This document shows positions 23,727-36,200 of a DNA stretch of 64,000 bases, one piece after another. The DNA lies in NCBI GenBank assembly GCA_049999805.1, contig JBNGIO010006348.1, positions 448,837 to 512,836 on the forward strand, read 5' to 3'. The notes under the pieces are model-generated. The model did no database searches and was not told the origin of the DNA. It worked only from the letters and a program-made list of their open reading frames with translations. The first letter of the stretch is position 1; each line of letters starts with the position of its first letter. Both the position numbers and the translations under genes were made by a program. The stretch comes from Folioceros fuciformis. Taxonomy: Eukaryota.

Positions 23727-26324
23727 TCAACCGAAATTGAAGCCACCAGAAGGAACGGGCGGTGCGTTTCCGCCAAATGTAAAGCCAGCTTGCTGATTGC
23801 CATCAGAATTGGGAACCGCATTTGCTTCTTCTTCGTCATCCAAAAAGTAATTTTCAAGAATCTTGACAGCTTTTTCGTAGATCTCTGTATTCTCATGATT
23901 TTGCAATGCTTCGATCTTTTCCACTCCTTCTGCTTCGTCAATATACCTGGCGTACAAATTGATTTGACCAGTGGTACCCAGATCCTTCTCTGCCTCCCCA
24001 ATCCTTAAAATGTTCTCCAGACCCTCCAGAGACACGGTGACGATCCTGCCATCTGAGCAAGTCAGAAGGTCACATAGGGGCTTGATACACCCTTGGCTCA
24101 CCAGATACCTGAAACGGGACATGAACGTGATTGATTTGAGTCAGCTTCAACGGTGGCAGAAACTGTTTCTTTGCAGAAAGACCAAGTTCAACAAGTCTTA
24201 CTTGATCTGTTCATGAGTGCCACCTGAAGTCGCGTTGGAGATTGCCCAGGCTGCTTCTTTCTTGATGTCAAACTCAGCATTACCGAGCAGAGATACCAAA
24301 GGAGGAATAATATTGGCATCGATCACAGCCTGACAAAACCACTTGTGTAAGGCAATTACATACCGGCTGTGAACCAGCAAAAAACTAAGTGCTCTGATAC
24401 TCACCTGGATCTGATCCTTATTTCCGGCAGTAATGTTAGAAATGGTCCAGCAAGCTTCCTTCTTGATGCTCTTCTTCAGACTGCTAGTAAGTAGCCTCAG
24501 AAGGTATGGAAGTGCATTATTGTTGATGATAAACTGCAGAAAGCCAAAGAACACACATCAGCTTCCTTGAGTGAGAGATCATGCATGACCTTGAACCCTA
24601 TCAGATCAGCTAGCTCTAGCATACTAGCAGCAGCAGGGCTGTGGAGTCAACCTGGGTCTGCACATCATCTCCAGTAACAATGTTGCCAACAGTTCGAAGA
24701 GCTGGAATGAGAACGGCAGGAAAGGGATGGCTGCGTGATACCACACACACAGATCAGAAAAAAACAGAATTCCTCAAACACAACTTCGAGCGTACAGCAA
24801 TCAGTACGGTCACAGCATCCTAAGGGGGCAGGGGGGCTCACATAAGTAGCTCAACAAGGCGCCTGCAAACACCGGCATCAATTACAGCCTGAATCTTGTC
24901 GTTCGTGCCGTCAGAAAGATATGAAAGCGCCCAACAGGCGTCTGTTAGGACCTCCTCGTCGCTGTAGTGAATCAGGCGCTGCAGAGCTGGCAGGGCAGGC
25001 TTTGACTGCATCATGCAACAAAAATCAGGCTGGAATCAACAAACCGAATGGCACAAGACACACAAGCAATGCAGAGGTTTGCGGGTACCTACCTGTTCAA
25101 ATGGGGGCTGTGGCTTTCCACGACAGAAATTAGACAGCGTCCACGTGGCATTACGTAACATAGACAACTTAGCGTTCTCGTGGAGCTGGGCAAGCAGTGG
25201 CATGAGGGCACCACTATTGAGCACTAGATCCCGACATTTAGGAGAGTCTCCAGCGACGTTTCCAAGAGCCCAAACAGCCTGGACATTCCATGCGAAATTC
25301 GGGATTCTCACTTATCTGCTACGATCGGAGGACTCACCGAGAGAAGAGCAATAGAGTAAGAGAAAACAATACGAAATGGTGACCAGGAAGAGGGTAACGT
25401 ACCTGCTCCCGGACATCATCACTCTGGGACCTGAGGAGCTGCACAAAGATGGGGACAGCACCATGCTGAATGACAACTCGAGTGTGTTCAGATGTCCCCG
25501 ATGCGATGTTGGTCAGCGCCCACGCTGCCTCGAACTGAGATGGACGGTGCACGAATCAGCCTGGCGCCCATTGACAACTGCCGGCGCAAACCATTACGGT
25601 TGCACATACCTGGAGCTGATGGAATTCATTTCGGAGCAGGAACTCTACGAATCGGGGCACAACACCTGCGGCGATAACTTCCTCGATCGGGGGGCTTCGC
25701 TCTGCCACGAGCCAGACGCAGCCGCGGTCAGAACCGCGATCCACAGCACCACAGACGAGGATGTTCAAAGGCCGGACACTCACTGACAAATCCCGGCCCC
25801 GATCACGCTGGGAGGGAGGGAGCGCAGTACAGCGCGGGAGCTACGACATACCTATGGACAGCAACTTCCGAAACTGAGTGGTGGCCTCCAGCTGCTGGAC
25901 GGGATCATCTGACCACACACCAGCTACCATGGCAGGCAAGCTCTCCAGCTGCTGTTAAAAAAAGAGAGAGACAGCAAGTCTTAGCCGACGGCTGCACATC
26001 CAGACACCTACCGACTAAACTCCGGCTCAAACGGCCTCCGAGCAGCACGGCACAGGCCAGATCCGGACACCGGGCCAGCTGAGGACGGCGGCAAGCGGTC
26101 GCAGCAGAGGTGCGTACCTTTTTCTCGATCACGGACGAAGGAGCCACGGGATACGCCTGGGCCTGCATGCCCTCCCTGCGCTTCTTGAGCAGGCTCTCCT
26201 CCCGCTTGTTCTTCCGGATCTCCACCATATTGTCCTCCCTCTTCCTGCGGGCCTCATCTGTGTCCACGGCCAGCTTGTAGCTCTTCTTCCTGGCCTCCGT
26301 GCGTGCGTTCGGCCGGAGCGACAT
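23727..26324 (-). CDS. IMPA: Importin subunit alpha
   Basis: IBB domain [17 protein letters not shown]...[29 protein letters not shown] repeats [50 protein letters not shown]-terminal FNFG*. Confidence 0.97.
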
Positions 26325-27462
26325 GGCGACTGATCCCTCTGCGGCACAAGAGAGGAGCTTGAGCACAACGGCAGATAGACGGAAACGGAGAAGGCACCAC
26401 AGAGCCGGGTGAGAGGTGGAGGAAGTGCAAGAGAAAAGGGCCTGGCCGGGAGACGGCCAAAGGCTACTTACGCGTTGCGGCGCATCTAGGGCAACTCAAC
26501 CTCAACCAGAGTGACAAGTGCTGGATAATTTGGAAATTTTAATGTGCGTAATGTGATATCTCTCAACGTTAACGTCAGCCCTGTATCCAGACGCAGGTTT
26601 GAAATAGGTCCCGCCTCGGTATCCCGCGACTTAATAATACAAACCACGCTGTGAAAGGAGCTCAAGAGGCGTGCCAAACTTCTCTTCGATTGCATGCGGA
26701 AACCAAACTGTCTTTACCCTGCAGAACTCGGTTCTGAAGCTTAAGCTTACGCTGAAACAACTTCTAACTATGTTCACAGTAATTTCCATCCATTACTTAT
26801 TTATTTATATATGGAAAAAATATTTTAACCTCTGGTTACGTTCCTCCAATCTTTGGAATGGATGGAACATTCCATTTCTTTTTCAATAATAAAAATACCA
26901 CGTATCATTCCATCTCTTTTTCAATAATAAAATATACCACATATCTTGATGTCTGGCTCTATTCTCACCACACTGGCGAGCGAGTCGTGGAGAAGAAAAA
27001 TTTAATGCGGGCGAAGACCCCGGGTCAACACAACGGGATGTGGGAAGGAAAGCCGTCCANNNNNNNNNNNNNNNNNNNNNNNNNNNNNNNNNNNNNNNNN
27101 NNNNNNNNNNNNNNNNNNNNNNNNNNNNNNNNNNNNNNNNNNNNNNNNNNNNNNNNNNNNNNNNNNNNNNNNNNNNNNNNNNNNNNNNNNNNNNNNNNNN
27201 NNNNNNNNNNNNNNNNNNNNNNNNNNNNNNNNNNNNNNNNNNNNNNNNNNNNNNNNNNNNNNNNNNNNNNNNNNNNNNNNNNNNNNNNNNNNNNNNNNNN
27301 NNNNNNNNNNNNNNNNNNNNNNNNNNNNNNNNNNNNNNNNNNNNNNNNNNNNNNNNNNNNNNNNNNNNNNNNNNNNNNNNNNNNNNNNNNNNNNNNNNNN
27401 NNNNNNNNNNNNNNNNNNNNNNNNNNNNNNNNNNNNNNNNNNNNNNNNNNNNNNNNNNNGCG

Positions 27463-27516
27463 GGATGGCATGGCATGGCATGGCGTGACGTGGAGTGGAG
27501 TGGCGTGGCGTGGCAT
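27463..27516 (+). repeat. (TGGCA/TGGCG/TGGAG)n pentanucleotide microsatellite
   Basis: gatggcatggcatggcatggcgtgacgtggagtggagtggcgtggcgtggcatgg, next to the N gap. Confidence 0.75.
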
Positions 27517-27540
27517 GGAGGATGAGGAAGCGACTCCAGG

Positions 27541-28932
27541 TCAGGAGAAAGTGTAGCCCGTCTCTGATAGAGCGTCCATCAGGGCTGTGCTTTCCTGCAC
27601 CAGATTGCAGGCCAGAGGGTGCAGAGGGCTGTGCCTGCTGCCCGGAAGCTCCACCCACTGCTGGAGCTCGGAGTACGTCCCGATGCTGTAGAGGCTGGGC
27701 AAGAGGGACAGCTTCAGGTTGTCGGCTGTGGCTGCGTCCACCGTCTGCTGGAGCACCTTGTCCGTCTTCCACGAGATTCCCTGGACGGAAGCAACACCCA
27801 AGGGGTGGCAGGAGTCAGCCGGAGGTGGGTAATGGGGGATGCCACTGGTGGGTCGTGGTGTGGATGTGAGACTGTTGAGTGAACAGTGTGGTGTGGGCAT
27901 GGCAAGAGAGAAGGTGGGATGGAAGTGAGTGATGCAGTGTTGGTACGTGCAGGAGGGAGGAAGGAGACCTGGAACAGGGATGGCCGGTAAGTTCGTAGTC
28001 CTATGACGCAGTAGCCTCCGTCGTGGGCAGGGCCCAGTACCACCTGTACAGCGGAAGAAGAAAAGCGAGAGATTGAGTAAGTGAGTGAGGGGATGAGTGG
28101 ATGAAAGTTGAATGACGAGCGTGGGTGTACAGGAGGAAGTACTAGAGCATGGCTTGGACGGGGAGAGAGGGTGGATGCTTTACGTCGCTGGTTTCCAGAG
28201 CTTTGAATGCGTTGGAGATGACTTCACCACTCAAGTCAGGGGCGTCTGAGCTGATCAGCACTGCCTGCACATGGAGGGAGTGACGGTGTGTGTGTGTGTG
28301 TGTGCGCGTGTTAGGAGAGGGACGGATGTATCCAGATTGTACGGGAGGAGAAGGAGAAGGAGACGGTGGGGGTAGTGGTGGTGATGGTGTACCTGGCAAG
28401 CCCCCGTGGCGAAGACCGATTTGAGAGCATCCGACATGCGCTGCCCTGGGTCGGGTGTGCTCATCTGAGCTGCCACCACGCGTTCCTACTCGGTGAGAAA
28501 TTCAGATCCACACACCCAGTGCAGAAGGAGGCAGCAGCAGCAGCAGCAGAGCAGGCCATACCTGAGGACGCAGCTCAAGAGTCTGCTGCTGGTTGATGCT
28601 CTGCATCCACTGCTGCACCTGCTCTGCAGTGTCGCTGTCTGCGAAGTAGATGAACCTGGTGATGCCCTCCAGCCTGAGCGACCCCAATGTGAGAAGGTCG
28701 ACGATTGTCCTCCCTGCCCGTCCTCATCAAAGCCAAAGCCAAAGCCAAGGACATAGTAGTAAGCATCCTACACAATGCACCCGAGATGTGGTCACCTTGC
28801 AGACTCCACGATGGTGTGCTCAGCGCAGGCACGGTAGAAATTGTTGGCAGCCTCCACCCCGACATGGCTTGCCAGCCGGGCCTTCACCTTGCCAACCACA
28901 GGCAGGCGCACGAAGATGAGGAGGCCCTTCAT
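27541..28932 (-). CDS. DUF2064 / TIGR04282-family glycosyltransferase-A-like protein (6 exons)
   Basis: Spliced translation: MKGLLIFVRLPVVGKVKARLASHVGVEAANNFYRACAEHTI...PDPGQRMSDALKSVF...AVLISSDAPDLSGEVISNAFKAL...VVLGPAHDGGYCVIGL...LFQGISWKTDKVLQQT. This matches the family motifs (PGKVKTRL, LG.RM..A, G.D.P.L, LGPA.DGGY.LIG, I.W.T..V). Confidence 0.8.
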
Positions 28933-30006
28933 GCTTGCAATGCGGGGTCACAGTCCGCCTCCGGGCAGCCGAGGAAAAGAACCCGGCCCGAGGCAAGACC
29001 CATACTGCACGCTGCCCAGTCAAGGCGGGTGGGTGGGTCGGAACTATGCTACTTGTTCCCGAACTCTAGGAATCCATCCCTCTCAGCTGTCCGTCTCTCG
29101 AACTGTTGAGAGAGCCGCCTGCCTGTACCAGATGACGAGATTCCTTGGACAAAACTCCACCTTTTTCTAATCAGAATCCAACAACCCCACTCCTGACAGT
29201 GTGCCAGCACATCCCCAGTTAGGCACCACTCAATCCAGGCTTGTGGTGACGACGATCACCCGATTTACTTTACTCGGGGGGGAGGGCAGGCATTGACCTG
29301 CTGCCCAAGGACCCCTGTGCACTCGCGCCTACTGTCCGATTCTGCTTCTCACTGTGACCCGCCAGCGAGTCTTGCACACCATGTGCTTCTACTGATTGAA
29401 CTCTTGTCAGCAAGTGTTCATGCAGGGCCATGGATCCATATGGCACCAGCCTGGGCAGCACGACACCAGATTTGCGAACTGGGAGCCGGAAGGCCAGGCC
29501 CTGGAGAGAAAAGCATCCTCCGGGACCCAGCCATGGAACTACCCTCGACGGATCAGGAACAGGGAACCTCAGGATGGCCACCAGCTCCCGGGAGATGGGG
29601 AGACCAGCACCCCTCGGTCTGGGACTGGGATTCCGGATCGCAGCCCCAGAAAGCTCTCGTCCCGGCAGGGGGCAGTGACTCTGCCTCCCCATCTTCCCCG
29701 TAAGTTCATCACTCCAGCTTGCACCCTGCGCCTTCCAACATCTCTCTCTCGCTCGCACCTGTTCATATCTGTTCTCCTGACGGACAAAAGGCATTCTTCC
29801 CCTCTCAGGGATATTCGGACCACCAGAGCGATGTCTAGCCATCTTAGGGTTCTCTTCTCCCGCGTGTCCCATAGCTGAGCTGAGCAATGAGGGATAATTG
29901 TCCCACGCTGGGTTGGTGGGTTCGGTTGTTGGAACTGCAAGCTGATGAATGTGTGTGCTTGTATGCATAACAACGACGAACAGGTGGGGTTCAGCAACCT
30001 GGTGCG

Positions 30007-32755
30007 ATGCCCGGTCAGTACTTTGGTCAAGGCGACATTGACAGTCCACGAGTGCCTTCTGCAAGGCCAGCTGATGTTAGAGTGGAGAATGTGGATTCCA
30101 GTGACATCAGCCAGGCTGGGAGCAGGAACCGGGGCCTGATGAGTGCGTCTCCCAGGCTGGTGAGGGGAACTGGGTCTCCCAGGCTCCGGAATGAGGGGAG
30201 CTCCAAGGGCTCATACGGCTGGGATGAGCAGAGGGATGCTGGTAGTGATGATATGTCGTCTTCGGAAGGTGGTGGGTATGGGTTCCGCCCTGCTGAAGGG
30301 CATCGTGGTATCTGGGGAGGTGTGAATAGATTCGATGTTGGCTTGGGCATGGCTGCTGGGAAGCCGGACCTTCCTCGAACCAGAGGGGTGTCGCGAAGGA
30401 CTACCAAGAAGATTCACTTCTTTGAACCCGTCGATGCAGAGCCAGACCTCCTGTCAGATGACATCTCTCAGCTGTCGTTCAGTTCGGTTGGAAGCAATAG
30501 CAGCAGCAAAAGTCTGGCTCCGAGGTCCCACTCGATGGCGGAAGTTGGCAACAGACCTCCAGTGCAGATACCTTCCTCCCGGTCCTTTCCCCTCAGATCT
30601 CGAAGCGTTGAAAGTCTGCCTGATGCGTCGAGTTACAATTACGCCTTGGATGATCAACCGGACATCTTCACAGGTACATTCTGTGTAACATCTTTCTGCT
30701 GCATAAGATTGGAGCGTTGGATGGTTGTCACTGATGAAGCTCCCTTGTGGCTGCTGTGACAGACACCGGCAGTGGACCAGACACAACCACTGACACCACC
30801 AGCATCGCTACCATGCAAGAGTATCTGAGCGGGAGTGCTTCTGCAGCCTCGGCAACCCACATTCTGTATAAGAGGAGCAAGTCTCCGGCTGCCGAGATGG
30901 CGGAAGAGCTGCTGATGAACTCTCACATGTTCGGGAAGCTACAGATCCCCGACTTCGATGCATGTGATCGTGAGTCTACAGATCCGACGCAAGGATCAGC
31001 CGTGAGCATGGATGCTGAGGATGATGCTTATGAGTACAGCAGCATTGTCGAGAGGCTGCAACAAGCAGAGCTGGGATTGGTCACGCCACTTTCTGCTGTA
31101 CGGGAGGTCAGAGCAGCAGCCAAGCACTCAGAGCTTGCCCGGAAGGCGCTGAGTGAGGCTGGGGCAATACCACCTCTGCTGAGACTGCTCATGCCGGATC
31201 ATGACATGGGAACCCGACATACTGCAGCACTCGCTCTGCTCAACCTGGCTATAGGCTGTACCAGGTCTGCACATCCTAATCCAAAATTACCATTCCTTAT
31301 CTCATCTTTTGCTACATGGGTCGTGCTCATCCTGTTCCCTTTTCTCTCAGAAACAAGTTGACCATCCACGAGGAAGGGGGAGTGCCCCTGCTGATCGACC
31401 TCCTCAAACCACAGTCCTTCATCTCTCTCCGGGAAAGTGCCACAGCTGTGATCCTGTCTTTGGCTGCATCTGACACCTTGAAACCTCATCTTGAAGCTGC
31501 CATTCCTCATCTCGTTGATATTTTGAAGAACGGGACCACTCAGGGCCGGTCAGATGCGTGCCGAGCGCTTCTCAATCTCTCTATTTTCAAGCCTCACCGT
31601 CAGAAGATCGTGCAAGCAGGGGCCATTGCTCCTCTTTATGTTCACATCCAGCGCGACTTTCTGGAGGCAGGGGACAAGGGCGTTTTGCTTTTGAGCCACC
31701 TCTACATGACCCAGGAAGGGAGAGATAGTGTAGCAGAAGCTCCGGAGACTTTCACCGTCCTTCTCCATGTGTTGAAGGTAAACATCGTACCTCACCGAGG
31801 CTTTCATTACGATGTTGTCTTCGCCAACATCTAATGGCCTGAACATGCAGGCTGGATCTCAAAGTGCCAAGGAGCAAGCGGCCGGGATCCTTCTCTCGCT
31901 CACCGCAGATCCTGAATTTCGACAAAAAACCATAGCTGCACAAGGAATTCTTCCAGCTCTTGTGGAGATGGCGCTCCTGGGTACTCCGAAGGCGCAGCAA
32001 AGAGCATCCCGGCTTCTGGAACTCATGAAGAACCATCGAAACCTGGAAGGCGTTGCGTTGGTGGACACAGAAGCCGTCAACTCATCAAAATCATCCAAAC
32101 CTCGCCGCAGGCGAGCCACGTCTCTCAGTGGAGTTGAAGAGCTAGCAAGCAAAGTCAAGGAGGCCGAGGTGAACTAGGACCCACCCTAAGAATCTTATGG
32201 TCCATCTCGCTTGTTCGTACATCAATGACCTCCGATTTGGCTGCTCTCCATTTGCAGGTTGCAGCAGCTGTGGAGGTTGTTGCCTCTGCTATTGAAGGAG
32301 ATTCATCTCCAGACGACACAACTTGGTCTGACAACAAGGAAGGCGTGATTGGTTCTGCTCCCCTTAGGGCATCAGGCGGAGTTGGACCTCGTCTTCCTGC
32401 TCCAGCCACAGACTCCCAAAGGGCAAATGGCAAGAAAACCAAGACGGTCGTGGCTGGAGGAAGGAGTAGGAGAGGCACTTCTTTCAGTGGAGCGTGGGGC
32501 TCAACAAAGAATAAGGACCCTGATGAAGCAGATGAGGAATCCAGGCAGGATCCCGAAGCCGATGATGCTGAAGCTAGCCAACCTGCCCCAGGCCGTAGCA
32601 AGACAAGCAAAGGGGGATTGGATCCATCTCGAAAGGAAGCCAAGAGCAGCAATATTTTGCTCAGTATACGCAGCCTGTGGACACGACGCTGGGACGGAGG
32701 ATGTAAAACAGCAGGTGTTTCAGATAATGTACTGAAAAACAATGTCATTAGATAG
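30007..32755 (+). CDS. Armadillo-repeat protein (PUB-type ARM repeats, no U-box seen) with long disordered termini; possible extra upstream exons from about 29420
   Basis: EAGAIPPLLRLL, AALALLNLAIG, GGVPLLIDLL, RESATAVILSLA, KIVQAGAIAPL, AKEQAAGILLSL, GILPALVEM...GTPKAQQRASRLL. Confidence 0.8.
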
Positions 32756-33233
32756 TTTGCGTTTCTTACTACAATCTTATGGTATGGAAGGATTTGTTTC
32801 CTGTATCTGCTACTGAGAGACTAGAACTGGTGATTTATTTCCTGGCTGAGATGTAGGAAGCAAACTTGGCGGCCTCAGCTATTGTGTACAACGCCCACAA
32901 CTTGGAACAGTGAATGAAGCTAATGACCACTCGGGTCGCCTACTAGGGAGCTGCTGTGGCCACTTATGGTCTCACTAGTCTATACTAGAGACCTATAAGA
33001 GGGAGCTCTGGATTCCGTAACACTGGAGACTATATGGTCTCGTCCCCTCATGGTCTCAGAGAGCAGGTGCAGTTCTCTCGGTAATCTGACAAGAGATACA
33101 GTTTCAGTAACAGAACGCCTCCACCTGTGAAATTCGTTAGCTCGAACGGGGTGGAGTGCAGCTTACCTTTAAGAGACGGACAGTGTGCACAGTCGCCAAT
33201 CCCAGCTCGAGCTGGAATGCCCATCAGTTTCAC

Positions 33234-36200
33234 CTACAGTCGGTTTTCAGAACGGCCGCTGGCTGCGAGCCCGCACAAATTTGCGGCCCTTGCACAATAT
33301 TCATTGACTAGCAAAGACAGCATCGATGACTTATTCTCTAGAAGTTTGGCGGGAGTATCGAAATCAGCCACTCTTCCTGTGTGCACAAGGACAAACAATA
33401 ATTAGAAGGGGTTAAATTGAGTTCATGAAGTGACTGGACTGCTAGTTAGCATCCACTCCGGTGACGTACCATCACTTAGGACCAACACTAGGTCACTGTC
33501 GATGACGGTGGGAATTCGATGCGCCACAGTTATCACAGTGCAGTTCACAAACTCTTCTCGGATTGTCCTCTGCATCACACTATCAGTTGTTGTGTCCACA
33601 GACGCAGTAGCTTCATCCAGTACCAAAATCCGCCTGCGTTTCAAGAGTGTTCTCCCCAGACAAAAGAGCTGGCGCTGCCCAACACTCCAGTTTTCACCAT
33701 TCTCAGACACTGCAAAGAAGGGGATGACAAAACAAGTCAGGAAAATTCAAACACTGGGTACACATCCTCGAGACACTCAGAAAGCAGACACTGCGTCTTC
33801 CACTACGTATACCTGGAGCATCCAGCTTTTCGTCTTTGGCACGAACGATCCCTCCTAGTTGACATTTATCCAGAGCCTGTAGAAGAGACGGACTTTGTTC
33901 TGAATGAATATTAGGCGTCCCAACTGGATGGAAGGCAATTTTAGAGGTTTGACCACACTGACCTCCCAGATTTCTGCATCAGAATAGTCTTCAAGGGGAT
34001 CCAAGTTCCCCCGTACTGTCCCTTCGAATAGTAAAGGATCCTGTGGAATGATGCTCAACCTGGAACGCAGATCATGGAGACCCATGCTAGAGATATCCAA
34101 GCTATCTATTAAAATCTTCCCACCGGCTGGTTCCACCATGCGGAAGAGGGCCTGGATAAGTGTTGACTTGCCACATCCAGTGCGGCCAACAATTCCAATC
34201 CTACTCCGAGCAGGAAACGTACAGGATACTCCATGCAGAACTAAAGGCGCGTGTACATTATAGCGCACCTGTAAGATCAAAGCGAGGCCTTTCTTAAAAG
34301 TCAAAAATGTAAATGAAAAACCGACATTTCTTCAATGTTCTTAATGATGGCTGCCTCGTTTACCTGTAAATTTACAAGATCCACTATTCCTTGCATAGGC
34401 CAATCCTTTGGAGGCCGATTATTTTCAATAATGGCAGGAGCTTCACTCGGGAGATTGCTATACTGTTGAATTCTCTCAACTGCAATAACTTTGTTCTCCA
34501 AGTTACAGAGCTCCCACACCCACTTGGACAGCCTGGAATTAAGTTGAAGACCATACGTCACTGCAAGTCCGGCCATGCCTGCAAACAAGCGAACTCAGTT
34601 CTAGGTCAACTATAACCAACATCTCCATACTCAAGTTCCATTTTGCGTTGTAAGTGAACACTCACTGGGATCAACCGAATTAGGGAAGCTGACCACCAGC
34701 AATAACATAATTGCGAAAATCAGGACAGACAGCAACTCCATTCGAAAAATCAGCCACTCTATGGCTGCAAAATTATGGAACAAGGGCTGGGCATAAGTGT
34801 CGAGTAGCTTGAGGTTCGTTGCCATGAATCGCTGGTCTTGAGAAAATCCCCGTATAGTTGCTGCGCCAGCAATAGATTCCCCGTAGTGATGTATTGTTGG
34901 AGACTTTTGTATGCCGACAAGCCGAGCTAATTCTCTGGCCGAGGATATATAATATCGCTGCATCAAACAACTATCTAATGTGAATGAACAATTCCATCTT
35001 AGCCTTAGGAACTGTTTTCTATTCACGGAATACGCACGTGAACTAAGCAAAAAATTGAATTTAAAAGGGGGCTTAATAGGGGAGGACCTGTATGAGTATG
35101 CATAATCCAATGACAGGGGTGAAAAGAAGTATAACCACCCATGATACTTGGGCCATCACACATATTATAGCAAAAAGTTGGACTGTCATGGATCCAAAAG
35201 CCCGAAATTTTGAATGGACTTCCAAGTCTAATGAGCTCTGGTCCGTTGAAGCCTGCACTTTCATGGACAGTTGGCATCATCAGTCACAGAAGACGCGAGG
35301 AAATTTGGCAGAGTGATCCTGACAACATTATCAGGGGTGCCAACGACAATCCTAGCCACTAAGTGCAGAACGTACCCTATTGAGGATGCGGCCAGTTGGT
35401 GTGGAATCAAAGAAGGACATGGGTGCTCGAAAGATGGATCGTATCATGGTATAAAACATCTTATTGGCCGTAAGCAGACCAACTGTGGCAACCACCGCGG
35501 CCCGTATGAAAACAAAAAGTGCACTTCCGAACGCCAGTGCTGTATAGATGCCTATAAGGGTACCATTATTGGTCTTGGCTTTGCCGTCTACTGTAGTAGG
35601 CGTCGCCCATGCCATCCACCAATTTCCAGCTATTTGCAGCACCTGGAACATGATCATAGCCAATAAGACCAACGGGACAAGCGCTCCACCGTAAACGGCT
35701 GTCAGGTAGGATGTATAGACATGCCTGCTGACATTGCCCCGAGCTCTTTCCTCTTCTTGCACAAGCTGCTTCTTGCCCTTCGCTTTCTTCTTCAGCTTTT
35801 TCTTCTTTTTCTTTTCATCAGCAGTCTCGGCTGCTGGCTTCTCGGCTACTGGCTTCTCGTTCTGAGTACCATTAAATATACATGGAGTGTTTTCAATTTC
35901 ATCACCGTTCGCTATGACTGACGTGATGCAATCTTCTACAAGCAGCTCCTCATCCTCATCCTCATCTTCATCTTCCTTAGCCTGAGATTCCATGGCATCA
36001 ACGGCCTCCGTATGCGCACTCACCAAGCTGGTGAAATCTGTCCCTGATTGCAAGAGCTCATCGTACTTCCCACGCTCAACTATTTCGCCATCACGTAGCA
36101 CCTGTTGATACAAAGCCACGGCCAACATTCAGACAGACATCACCACTACCACACCAGCTGAAACCACTTGCAGAAGATATCGAAATGCACCCATCCTGCC

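Noticed and set aside
26868-26945. 38-bp AT-rich tandem duplication (similar short duplications at 16621-16660 and 62396-62439)
   Set aside because: Two-copy slippage duplications with no spacers; not CRISPR-like and no evidence of function.
26858-27772. Long ORFs spanning the N gap
   Set aside because: Artefacts of translating through Ns.
29270-30064. 264-aa minus-strand ORF
   Set aside because: Likely a shadow of the ARM gene 5' region; no domain or motif.
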